Source: Podospora anserina (Eukaryota). Taken from it: a DNA stretch of 64,000 nucleotides. Below, piece by piece: positions 12,380 through 22,691 of this stretch. A program made the translations under genes and the position numbers. Within the stretch, counting starts at the first letter, position 1. Each line of letters begins with the position of its first letter. The stretch lies in contig CM030337.1 of the NCBI GenBank assembly GCA_017654855.1, positions 1,116,001 to 1,180,000 of the forward strand, in the 5' to 3' direction. A model generated the notes under the pieces. It was not told the origin of the DNA. It saw nothing but the letters and a program-made list of their open reading frames with translations, and did not search any database.

Positions 12380-13757
12380 ATGAGCGACGCTGCTGTCAAC
12401 CAGCCCGAGGTGGCCGCTGCCGCCACCGAAACCCCCGCCGTTGAGCAGACAACCGCTGCCCCTGTGGCCGAGGTCGAGATGGCCGATGCTGCCCCAACTG
12501 AGGCTGCCGCTGAGAAGTCGGAGGTGAAGGCCGAGGAGAAGACCGAGGAGCAGACTGGTGCCACCAAGCCGCTTCCAATGCTCAAGACCACGGCCAAGAT
12601 CGACACCAACTACAAGAACAACAGAAAGTACGATCCTTCTACTCAGGAAGTCACCGACGACCCCGTCCAAATTCGCGCTCAGGTAAGCTCAATTGCAACT
12701 GATTGCGTTGAGGCGACTGCTGACAATTGCGCAGGTTGAGTTTTGGTTCAATGACAGCAACCTTCCCGGCGACAAGCACATGTGGGAACAGACCGGTGGT
12801 CCCGAGAACAAGCCCGTTTCCCTCAAGCACATTTGCAACTTCAAGCGCATGCAGCGCTTCCAGCCCTACAGTGCCGTCGTGGCTGCTCTTCGCGACAGCA
12901 CCCTTCTCGAGGTCTCCGGCGAAGAAGGCGAGGAAGTCATCAAACGCAAGGTTCCCTATGTTCTCTCCACGCTCTCGCCACAGGAACGCCAAGCCAGAAG
13001 CGTCTACGTCAAGGGCTTTGGCGACGAGCACGGTTCCAGCCAGTTTGAGATCGAGCAATTCTTTTCCCAGTTCGGGAAGGTTCAGCACCTTAAGCTCCGC
13101 CGCACCAACGAGAACCTCTTCAAGGGGTCCGTGTTCGTTGAATTTGATTCGGAGGAGACTGCCGACGCCTTCGTCAACAAGGAACCTGCCGCAACGTGGA
13201 AAGGCCATGAGTTATTGATCATGAAGAAGGGCGAGTATTGTGAGATGAAGGCGAAAGAGATCAAGGAGGGCAAGATCCAAGCATCAAACTCCCGCAAGTC
13301 CACCTTCTGGGAGGGTAAGGAAAAGACCTCGACCCGTGGCGGTCGCGGTGGCGCTCGTGGTGGCCGCGGTGGCCGTGACAACCGCAATGGCGATAACAAT
13401 GAGGATAAAAAGAATGGTTTCAAGGGTGGCCGTGGTGGGCGTGGCGGGCGTGGCAGGGGAGGTCGCGGTGGCCGTGGTGGCAACAGGGATAATAATAAGG
13501 GACGGGATGGGAAGAGGGAAGAGAAAAAGCCCGCCGTTAATGAGTATGTTCCGTCATCTTGTCTTTGACATCAGTCCATTGCTAACTCATTGTTTCACAG
13601 CGGCGAGATGCCTACCATTCAGGCCACGAACGAAAAGGGCGAGGTCGTCGTCAAGCCTGCCGAGGCCAACGGCAAGCGCGCCCGCGAGAACGACGAGGCG
13701 GCTGCTCCCCCGGCCAAGAAGGTCGACACCAAGACCGAGACTGCCGCCGCGCAATAA
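12380..13757 (+). CDS. LHP1: La (Lupus antigen) RNA-binding protein: La motif + RRM + RGG tail
   Basis: Exons 12380-12682, 12735-13543 and 13601-13757. La motif QVEFWFNDSNLPGDK...FKRMQRF; RRM with SVYVKGF and FKGSVFVEF; RGG repeats; basic NLS-like tail. Confidence 0.9.
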
Positions 13758-14386
13758 AGGAGAGAGGGAGATTTACGACTCGATGTGGAGATTTTTTTGC
13801 AGCATCAAGGATAAAAAAAGGTACATTTCATTCAGGCCATCGACACCACATTTGCATCTTCCCTTTTGGCGGACAGATTGGGGACTGTCAAAGATATCCG
13901 GATGCTTTGCGTTGTAAAATTAGAGATTACTCTGGGCTGGCGTTTTAGGGCGGGTCACGTTGGGGGCTCTCTGGTTCTTTTTTCCATACCGGACAGGTTG
14001 ATTTTAGGGGAATATTATCAGCGTTTTGCTATCAAGTGGTTTGATGAGATGAATGGTAATTTGTGTGACTCTTTCAAACCATGTGCGTTTTTGTAAGTGA
14101 CATTGTTGATATACTATAACACGCATTTTTGGGGGGGACTTGAGAAACAGACATTTTGCTGCCGGGTTCCAAATTTGTGTGTTGAAATATTGATCGTTTG
14201 AGAGGAAGATGAAATTAGCCTATCGTGTCTTTTGATGAACGTTGTCGTAAAACTCACATTCTCGCCGTGCCCTTGTAATCGCCATGATGCTGGAATCCTA
14301 TTATCATCAGTGGCTATGTTGATCTAGCGTGGAATATATCTCCTCGTTGGGGTGGCCGTCCTCGATTTCAAACTTTCCTTCCCCCG

Positions 14387-15106
14387 TCAAGACGCCTCTT
14401 TGCCTAGGTACTTTTCCCACTTATCCTCGGCAAACAACTCCTTCATTATCCTGCCCTTTTTTTTCTTTTCTTGCTCGTATTGCTTTCTGGCTTTTTTGGC
14501 ATCTAGTAATTTCTCTTTAGGCCGTGGTATATTTTTTGTTCCCTTTGGAAGTTCAACCCCTAACCCAAGCCTGTCGTCTTTTGGCTTTGGCTTGAGGGGG
14601 TGTACGATACCCTGCTGATCAGACCCCAAACCCCTTCTGGAATCTGGATCCCAACCTTGGGAGGATAGATACTGCAACCCCATGCGGGAGCGGTCGAGGG
14701 AGGAGGGGGGGTGGGAGTGGGGGAGGGAGAGTTGGTGGGGGAGGGAGAGTTCGTGGTTGGGAAGGATGGGGAGGTTGCAACTTGGGCAGAGGGGGGGTGT
14801 TGGGGAGGGTTTTGTTGATGGGGGATCTGAGTGGTTGTTATCTGGGGAGTTTTCATGTCCTATGGGTGGTTTTGGTTCTGGTGGGAGGACGAGACCGAGA
14901 TAGAGGTCGGATATTGACTTTGACGTATCCCGTGCTGGCTCGTCGGTGGAGACTGTCTTGAGAGAGGAGGATGCCGGGACAAAGGTTACCGGGTTGCGGT
15001 AGAGGCCGGAGCCGAAGGGGCGTTTTTGCTGGAAGGGGATTTCATCTTCTGGGTTGTCGAATGGGTCGATGGGGAGGGTGGGAGTGGGTTCTGGTGGTGG
15101 TGGCAT
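14387..15106 (-). CDS. G-patch domain protein with a C2H2-like zinc knuckle
   Basis: ATG at 15106 after AAAA. G-patch SRMGLQYLSSQGWDPDSRRGLGSDQQGI...DDRLGLG; CPSC...H...H motif upstream. Confidence 0.85.
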   Translation of the reverse strand: MPPPPEPTPTLPIDPFDNPEDEIPFQQKRPFGSGLYRNPVTFVPASSSLKTVSTDEPARDTSKSISDLYLGLVLPPEPKPPIGHENSPDNNHSDPPSTKPSPTPPLCPSCNLPILPNHELSLPHQLSLPHSHPPSSLDRSRMGLQYLSSQGWDPDSRRGLGSDQQGIVHPLKPKPKDDRLGLGVELPKGTKNIPRPKEKLLDAKKARKQYEQEKKKKGRIMKELFAEDKWEKYLGKEAS

Positions 15107-15434
15107 TTTTTGTGGTTTGTGAGGGGTGAAGGTGTCTGTGAAGATGAAGGTGAAAGTGAGGACGAAGAATTGAGGTGCAAGGCAAAGAAAGCTTGGCTCC
15201 CGATCCCTGTTCAACCAACTTAAAAAAAAGCCCGCCCCACATTTGAATCAGGGGAGAGAGAGCAACCTACGTCAGCTAGGCTGGAGAACATTCGTGTCCA
15301 AATTTATTATTTTTCGTCGTTCAAAATCCCCTATTCGCGACCAAACCCGCCTCCTCGCGACAACTCGACACGCCTTTTTTTCCAAAAAATAAATAAATAA
15401 ATAATGCCCCCATAACCACACACAATCCACCAAA

Positions 15435-16694
15435 ATGCCCCTCCCCTTCCTCGCCTCCCTTTACTTCGACGGCCTCCCCCCCTGGTTCCCCGACCCCCTC
15501 GTCGCCCTCAAATACACCACCGCTCTCGGCTCCCTCGCCCTCACAAAATGGTACACCTCCGGCCGTCCCAACCCCTCCGAGCGCAAGCTCCACGGCCGCG
15601 TGGTAATCATGACGGGCGGCACCTCCGGAATCGGCGCCAAAACAGCCTTCCAGCTCGCCTCCCGAGGCGCCCAGCTCTGCCTCCTAACCCGACAACCCCC
15701 GAACGACCCCTTTCTAGTCGATTACATCGACGACCTCCGCACCCGCACAAACAACCAAATGATCTACGCCGAACAAGTCGACCTCGCCTCCCTCCACAGC
15801 ATCCGCCAGTTTGCGACAAAATGGATCGACAACGCGCCCCCGAGAAGGCTAGACATGGTTGTCCTCTGCGCCGCAACGCTCACCACCCCCGGGCATATGA
15901 GAAGCGAGACAGAAGAGGGGATCGAGACGGAGTGGATGGTCAATTACCTCGCCAACGTCCACCTGCTAGGGATTTTGAGTCCCGCGATCAAGGCCCAGCC
16001 GTTTGACAGGGACGTGAGGATCATCATCCCTACCTGCAGCAGCTACATTGGGGCGCCGAAGCTGGAGCCGGGGGATGTGACAGACAAGACGAGATTTTGG
16101 TCACCGAAGCTGGCGTATGCGAGGAGCAAGCTTGCGTTGATGGTTTTTGCAAAGACGTATCAGAAGCATCTGGATGCGTACAAGAGGCCGGATCAGCTGC
16201 CGATGAATGCGAGGGTTGTGATTGTTGATCCGGGGTTTGCGAGGACGGTGGGGATGAGGAGGTGGTTGACTAGGGGGTCACTTTTGGGCTTGTTTCTCTA
16301 CGTGGTTTTCTACTTTGTTGCGTGGTTGTTATTGAAGAGCCCGAATATGGCTGCGCAGAGCATTTTGTTTGCGGCTATGGATGGGGGGTTGTTGAGGGGA
16401 CCGGGGGGCAAGTTTATCAAGGAGTGTATGGAGGTTGACTTTGCGAGGAGAGACATTGAAGACGAAGAAGTGGCCAAGAAGCTGTGGGAGGAAAGTGATA
16501 AGTTGATTGAGAAGACGGAGAAGGCTTCTGCACTGAGAAGGGCGAGGGAGAAGAAGGAAAAGGAGGAGAGGGAGAAGGTGGAGGAGATTGAGAGCTTGGT
16601 GGAGACTATCAAGAAGGGGAAGGCGAAGCAGGGGGAGGAGAAGAAGAAGAAGAAGAAGAAGACGACGACGACGACGACGACGACGACGGATTAA
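15435..16694 (+). CDS. Short-chain dehydrogenase/reductase, resembling the yeast ER oxidoreductase YNL181W/Pbr1
   Basis: TGGTSGIG nucleotide-binding motif, catalytic YARSK (YxxxK), WIDNAPPRRLD, and hydrophobic segments. The C-terminal poly-K/poly-T is encoded by (AAG)n(ACG)n. Confidence 0.85.
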   Translation: MPLPFLASLYFDGLPPWFPDPLVALKYTTALGSLALTKWYTSGRPNPSERKLHGRVVIMTGGTSGIGAKTAFQLASRGAQLCLLTRQPPNDPFLVDYIDDLRTRTNNQMIYAEQVDLASLHSIRQFATKWIDNAPPRRLDMVVLCAATLTTPGHMRSETEEGIETEWMVNYLANVHLLGILSPAIKAQPFDRDVRIIIPTCSSYIGAPKLEPGDVTDKTRFWSPKLAYARSKLALMVFAKTYQKHLDAYKRPDQLPMNARVVIVDPGFARTVGMRRWLTRGSLLGLFLYVVFYFVAWLLLKSPNMAAQSILFAAMDGGLLRGPGGKFIKECMEVDFARRDIEDEEVAKKLWEESDKLIEKTEKASALRRAREKKEKEEREKVEEIESLVETIKKGKAKQGEEKKKKKKKTTTTTTTTTD

Positions 16695-17079
16695 AGTGCG
16701 AAACAATAGGGGGGTGGAAGGAAGTGAGTGTTGACTTATACCTATAGGGTATTTCTCGGCGTGTGGTGGTGGTCAGACCGATGGGCCGGCCGGGCTTATC
16801 CGTTGATCAATCGGTCGCTCGGTATGTTTGGTCAGAGCGGGGCCCAAGCCCGCATCTCGGCACTTCACGTGCGACGGGACGGACGTCATTGAAGCGACCT
16901 CACTTCAGCTATTCATCATCATCATCATCAAACATATCGGTTCATCATCACGACAAAGTTCTCATCATTCCACACCAGATCTCTATCAAATCTCATAATT
17001 TCAAACGACAGGCCAGCCCTTTTCCATCAGCTCAAAGGTCACCTCACGAGCCGAGGTTCAAAATCAGACAGCGCAAGCA

Positions 17080-17382
17080 ATGGCAGCTACACTACCACCA
17101 CCGCCAGCGCTCAGCAGCCAACAACATCCACGACAAGAGTTCATTGTGCCATGTCAAGCTGTCTGGCCACATGCACAACCAAATCCCACACAAATACAAC
17201 AACGCCCACCGCCACAGCCAGCCTTCAACCCTGCACACTGTCACCCAGTCTTCTTCAGCGATAAGCTCCGGCGTCCGCCATTTGCCCTAGGGTCAGGGCC
17301 ACAGTTGAACCCAGTCGCGCATGGATATGTATACCAGGATGGGACAAGGCCAAATGGCAAAACTAGTGGATCGAGGTTATGA
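17080..17382 (+). CDS. Putative small (100 aa) Pro/Gln-rich protein
   Basis: ATG in good context (GCAATGG) after a C/A-rich leader; fills the gap between the SDR and the convergent SNARE gene. No recognisable domain. Confidence 0.45.
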   Translation: MAATLPPPPALSSQQHPRQEFIVPCQAVWPHAQPNPTQIQQRPPPQPAFNPAHCHPVFFSDKLRRPPFALGSGPQLNPVAHGYVYQDGTRPNGKTSGSRL

Positions 17383-17711
17383 GGTTATTCAAGCGATATA
17401 GAGGCAAGGCAAGGCAACGAACGACGCGTGTATAGATAATATCAGTACAATACAAGTACAACCCAAGCTCATAAGCAAGAGGACAAACATCATAAAAGAG
17501 AGAGCCCATATACCACGGGCAAGGAAATAATAGAACAAAACATTCCCAAACTCAGACAACACAATTTGAAACCCATGAGTTCGCCTGCTTATACCCATCC
17601 CAAAACCAAACCCAAACCCAAAACTTCCCATCACCCCTTCTTCCGCCCGCACAATTTAAAAAAAAGAAAAAAAATATTGCTTGTGCAGGAATACAGTGTG
17701 ATGGCATAACC

Positions 17712-18569
17712 CTAAGGAAGATTATTCTTCACACTCACCACCACCGTCACAATAATCAACATCAAAACCAACCCCAACAGCCCCATCAGCTTCACATTCT
17801 TCCACCACATCCTCCTCTTCAGCCCCCTGCTCCTCACGCGAAACTCCCTTGCTGACCCGCCCAGGCGATCAGTCTTGTCGACAAGCAGGTCGATGCGTTC
17901 CCCTCTCTCCAACAGGCCCTCAATGTTTCTCGTCATGATGCCCCTCACATCCTCGATCTCCCTCTGGGCGGTACGAATGGCGTCGTCCTGCTCGGCGTTG
18001 TCTTCTCCTCTCACATTGTTGGTGCCGTACTCGATCATGAGCCTCTTTAGGTCAGAGTTCAGAGAGGCGCAGCCGTAGTTTGGGAGGGTGGCGAGGTCGG
18101 TTGATTGAGGGGGGTAGGCCTGGGGAGGTAGGGGTTAGTATGATACAGTCCTTTGGGGACTGTAGTGCGTGTATAATCAAGGGGGAAGGGGGAAGGGGGT
18201 GGGACGTACGGCGAGGAATTTAGTTCGGATCGCGGTGAGGTAGTTGAACGAGATGCGTCGGGATACGGAGGACGAGTCGGAGATCACGAGGAACGTGAGG
18301 GGGAGGGGGGACTCGGAGATGTAGTTGATGTGGTAGGTTCCGTGGGTGTAGGTTAGCTTTTGGGGGGTGGAGTGGTCGATTTTGGGGAGGATGAGGGTTG
18401 CTAGTTGGGGGAGGTTGGGGGAGGAGGAGGTGGAGGATTCGGTTAGGAGGGTGGAGGAGTAGGATATGCAGGAGCTGAGGGGGAGAGAGAGGTTAGTATT
18501 GAGGTGAGATAGGGTGGGAGAGGGATGGACGTACTAGAGGAGGGGGGTGGAGGTGGATGAGGAGGCCAT
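17712..18569 (-). CDS. Longin-domain R-SNARE (VAMP7/Nyv1-like synaptobrevin)
   Basis: Exons 18569-18535, 18474-18210 and 18119-17712 (GTACGT donors, CAG acceptors). Longin domain (ILPKIDHSTPQKLTYTHG), SNARE motif IMTRNIEGLLERGERIDLLVDKT with zero-layer R, then WWKN and a C-terminal TM helix. Confidence 0.9.
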
Positions 18570-19065
18570 TTTGATGGTGGTTGTGGTCTATCCAGCGGTG
18601 GTGGCGATGGCTTGGTGAGAAGCTTGCGGGTTGATTGATTGATTGCCGGATGTATATGGACGCACCGATGAAGAATCGAAGCTACTGCGCGTGTATGATG
18701 TGAGCGAGCGATTGATGATCACAAGTCTACGAATCGGGGGGTTGTGTATGGGGAATGCACAATGACGAAGCGTTGGCAGTTTCGCACGGTGGAAACCCTT
18801 ACCCAACGGTTGGAAACGCCAAGCCCAGGTCCCTGCCACCGTGGGGGCGGGTCTTGGCAGAAGAGGAAGTTGATAATCTCCGATAAGATAACAACTTTTT
18901 GTTTTGGGACGTGAACCGCCACCACTGACACCCCCCCTACGATTATTATACAACCACGAACGACCGAGTTTACGGGGAACAAACGAGCGGCCGATTTAGA
19001 CGGGGAGTCAGCGAGAGACTGCGCACGCACCCCAGGAGGATGGTGTCGAAACCCACGCTCCCGAC

Positions 19066-21513
19066 ATGAACGCCCTGCTCAGGAATGCCTACAAGTGGCC
19101 GAAATGCACACCACCAGTGTCCGTAGCAGCGTTTTCCACCGCGCCGTCGCCGTGGCGCAAAGCGGCCAACTCGTCGTCCAAGTCCAGGGAGCGTGAGAGG
19201 AACATTATAAATTTGCACCACGAAATCAACGACAGCCTCGACCAGCTCAAAGACAGCCTCGACCATGGCGAATCCTTGTCCCGCGGCGGCCGCCCCAGCA
19301 AGAACAAGTCCACCTTCAGCCAGAAGCGTAGCTATCAGATGTTTGAGGTGCTCGTCAACGCCAGGGTGAACAAGGTGATGCGAGAGATGGGCGATTATAG
19401 GGACCGGCAGGAGGATTGGCGCGCCTTTGGCGTCAACAACCAGGTGCAGCTCGACAGCTCGATCGGCCTCTTCAAGAAGGCGCTCGACACATGTTTTGCG
19501 AAAGCCACTGAGAAAGGCATGATTAGTCGTTCGGACAACCCCCTATTTTGGAATCTGCGGAATTCTTTTGTCAAAGGCGACAACAGGGGGCTCAGCTCGG
19601 AGCTGGTGCACAGTTTTCAGACGTTCTTGATGAAGGAGCGTTTCCCAGACGCCATCAACGAGCTGCACAGAGAGATCGCCGACCTGCGGTTTCCCTACGA
19701 GTGGTACCCGGCGACTAGGATGCTGCAGCGCACCGTTCATCTTCACGTCGGCCCAACAAACTCTGGGAAGACTTACAACGCCCTCAAGGCTCTGGAAGGC
19801 GCCAAGACGGGGATATACGCTGGGCCGTTGCGGCTGTTGGCCCATGAGATCTGGTCACGGTTTGCAGCCAAGGGCAAGCCATGCGCTCTGGTCACGGGTG
19901 AAGAGGTCAGGATACCCGAGGGCGTCGACAGGTGGTTCCACAGCTGCACGGTCGAAATGTCGCCCCTGAACAAACCGGTGGATGTGGCCGTCGTTGACGA
20001 GATTCAAATGATCGCCAGCGAGGACCGCGGATGGGCCTGGACACAGGCTGTTTTGGGCCTGCAAGCCAAAGAGCTTCATCTCTGCGGAGAGGACAGAGTT
20101 GTCGAGCTGATCCAGGACCTCTGCGCCAGGATCGGCGACAGGTGCATCGTTCACCGGTACCAGCGCCTGAACCCGCTCGAGACCATGTCCAAGTCTCTTC
20201 GTGGAGACTTTAGGAATCTGGAAAAAGGCGATGCGGTCGTTGCCTTCAGCCGTGTCGCACTGCACAAGCTCAAGGCCGGTATCGAGCAGGCAACCGGAAA
20301 GAGATGCGCCATCGTGTACGGCAGTCTGCCTCCGGAAACAAGAGCTCAACAGGCGGCGCTCTTCAACGATCCAAATAACGAGTACGACTACCTGGTCGCC
20401 AGCGACGCCATCGGCATGGGGTTGAACCTGGAGATCAAACGAGTCATCTTTGAGTCGTCTTCCAAGTTTGACGGCAACAAAGTGCGAAGTCTGACCGTTC
20501 CCGAAATCAAACAGATCGGCGGCCGCGCTGGTCGGTACAGGACGGCTTCCGCCGAGATTGCTTCCGCGCAAGAGGGTGCTGCCGGTGGAGAGGAAGCGGT
20601 GGAAGCAAAGGTGGAATCTAACACTGGATGGGTGACGGCGTTTGATTTTCGGGATCTGCAGGACATCCAAAATGCTTTTCAAAAAGAGGCAAAGCCCATT
20701 GAGACGGCCGGCCTGTTCCCTCCGGCGAACATCATCGAGCGCTTCCATACCTACTTTCCCCCAAGAACACCCACGTCGTTTGTCCTGACCAGATTACGGG
20801 AACTGGCCAGACTGTCGCCACGGTTCCACCTCTGCGACTTTGACACGGCGCTCGAAATCGCCGATGCCATCCAGCCATACAACCTCAGTGTCGCCGACCG
20901 CTGCGTCTTCCTCAACTGCCCCGTCTCCTTCAGGGTATCCCGCGACGGAGAGAGCAACGGCCAGAGAGAGGCGCTCCAGGCGTTTGCTAAGTGCGTCGCC
21001 GAGATGGGGAGCGGTCATCTGTTAGACTTCGACTGCATCGACCTGAGCATTCTGGACATGGACGAGGAAAAGAGGATGACCATGTTCAACAACCCAGCCT
21101 ACTTGCAGAGCCTCGAACGGCTGCACCAGATTATCACCATGTATCTCTGGCTGAGCTATCGCTACGAGGGCGTGTTCCAAAGCCAGTCGATGGCGTTCAA
21201 GGTCAAGGAGATTGTGGAGGACAGGATCACCGAGTTCCTTGACAAGCTTACGTATGTTACGTACTCGCAGGCCAGGCGTCGGCAGGCGATGCGCGAGGCG
21301 GCCGAGAGACATAAGAAGGCCGAGGAGCAGTTGCTGGGGGAGGAGGAGCAGGAGCATTTGCAGGAGCATCACGAGGAGGAGCCGGAGGAGCCGACCATCG
21401 AGATTGTGGAGGAGCTGGATCCGGAGGAGATCATTGGGGAGGTTATCGAAGAGGGGGGGACTGGGGAGCGGGAGCCAGGACCGGACGCTGAGAAGAATCA
21501 GGGGTCGGGGTGA
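19066..21513 (+). CDS. SUV3: Mitochondrial ATP-dependent RNA helicase Suv3
   Basis: HVGPTNSGKT, YAGPLRLLA, DEIQ...RGWAW, YGSLPPETR, ASDAIGMGLNL and KQIGGRAGR motifs; basic/Ser-rich presequence-like N-terminus. Confidence 0.95.
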   Translation: MNALLRNAYKWPKCTPPVSVAAFSTAPSPWRKAANSSSKSRERERNIINLHHEINDSLDQLKDSLDHGESLSRGGRPSKNKSTFSQKRSYQMFEVLVNARVNKVMREMGDYRDRQEDWRAFGVNNQVQLDSSIGLFKKALDTCFAKATEKGMISRSDNPLFWNLRNSFVKGDNRGLSSELVHSFQTFLMKERFPDAINELHREIADLRFPYEWYPATRMLQRTVHLHVGPTNSGKTYNALKALEGAKTGIYAGPLRLLAHEIWSRFAAKGKPCALVTGEEVRIPEGVDRWFHSCTVEMSPLNKPVDVAVVDEIQMIASEDRGWAWTQAVLGLQAKELHLCGEDRVVELIQDLCARIGDRCIVHRYQRLNPLETMSKSLRGDFRNLEKGDAVVAFSRVALHKLKAGIEQATGKRCAIVYGSLPPETRAQQAALFNDPNNEYDYLVASDAIGMGLNLEIKRVIFESSSKFDGNKVRSLTVPEIKQIGGRAGRYRTASAEIASAQEGAAGGEEAVEAKVESNTGWVTAFDFRDLQDIQNAFQKEAKPIETAGLFPPANIIERFHTYFPPRTPTSFVLTRLRELARLSPRFHLCDFDTALEIADAIQPYNLSVADRCVFLNCPVSFRVSRDGESNGQREALQAFAKCVAEMGSGHLLDFDCIDLSILDMDEEKRMTMFNNPAYLQSLERLHQIITMYLWLSYRYEGVFQSQSMAFKVKEIVEDRITEFLDKLTYVTYSQARRRQAMREAAERHKKAEEQLLGEEEQEHLQEHHEEEPEEPTIEIVEELDPEEIIGEVIEEGGTGEREPGPDAEKNQGSG

Positions 21514-21956
21514 GGGTGGAAATGCATGGGTTGTACGATTTGGGTTTGCATATAGGATGGGATGGGATGGGATGGGATGGATGTAACTTGTAACATTAGC
21601 AGTGTAGATGGTACGGCGTACGGTACATAACATGTCTGATGAGTTGGAAATCAATCAGTTTGCACACATGTTCCGGCCTTGATAAGGTGTGGACAACCCT
21701 TGCTTGTCTGGCCGGGCGGGCCGCCAAGCTAGCTATGAAGTCATTACCCCAACCCAGCTACCCCACCTGATCGACCTTGAAGGGCCCCCCTTTCAGGCAA
21801 CCAAACAGACGAACGCAGCGCTGCCCTCGGCAATCACAAACTCTCGGACCCATTCCGCATTCTTCGCACAAGCTATATCTGCTCTCTTTCTCTGTGAACT
21901 ATCCACCACCAAACATCAACACTCAGGCAAAGCCAACAACTCCCCAGACCGCCACA

Positions 21957-22691
21957 ATGTCCAACCCCGACCCCCCCACCACCACAGCGCCCGCCTTCAT
22001 CCCCCTCGAAGCCAACCCAGAGCTCATGACAACCCTCCTCACCAACCTGGGCATGTCCCCCACCCTCGCCCTCCACGACGTCTACTCCCTCACCGACCCC
22101 GATTTGTTGTCTTTCATCCCCCGCCCAGCCTACGCCCTCCTCCTCGTCTTCCCCATCACCCCAACCTACGAATCCCACCGTCTGGCGGAGGACTCCCTCC
22201 TCCCCGACCACGTCCCCACCCCGGACTACCCCGTGATCTGGTTCAGACAGACGATCCGCAACGCCTGCGGGCTCATGGGCCTCCTCCACGCCATTGCTAA
22301 TTCTCCCGCCGAGTTTATCACCCCCGACAGCGACCTTGACAGGATTGTCAAGACGGCGTTGCCGCTGGACACGATCGGACGGGCGAGGTTGCTGGAGACA
22401 GAGGAGAGTTTGGCGAGGGCGCATAGGACGGCGGCGGAGAGGGGGGACACGGCTGCTCCCGAGGCGACGGATGAGGTTGATTTGCATTATGTTGCTTTTG
22501 TCAAGGGGAGGGATGGGGGGCTTTGGGAGATGGATGGGAGACGGAAGGGGCCGATCAGGAGGGGGGAGTTGGAGGGGGAGGAGGATGTGTTGAGCGAGAA
22601 GGGGTTGGTGTTGGGGGCGAGGAAGTTTTTGGAGAGGGAAGGGGGGGATTTGAGGTTTAGTGCTGTTGCGCTGGCGAGGGGGTATGATTAG
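21957..22691 (+). CDS. YUH1: Ubiquitin C-terminal hydrolase, peptidase C12 (UCH-L3/Yuh1-like)
   Basis: ATG 21957. FIPLEANPE, catalytic QTIRNACG (Cys), LHYVAFV (His) and EMDGRR (Asp). Confidence 0.9.
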   Translation: MSNPDPPTTTAPAFIPLEANPELMTTLLTNLGMSPTLALHDVYSLTDPDLLSFIPRPAYALLLVFPITPTYESHRLAEDSLLPDHVPTPDYPVIWFRQTIRNACGLMGLLHAIANSPAEFITPDSDLDRIVKTALPLDTIGRARLLETEESLARAHRTAAERGDTAAPEATDEVDLHYVAFVKGRDGGLWEMDGRRKGPIRRGELEGEEDVLSEKGLVLGARKFLEREGGDLRFSAVALARGYD

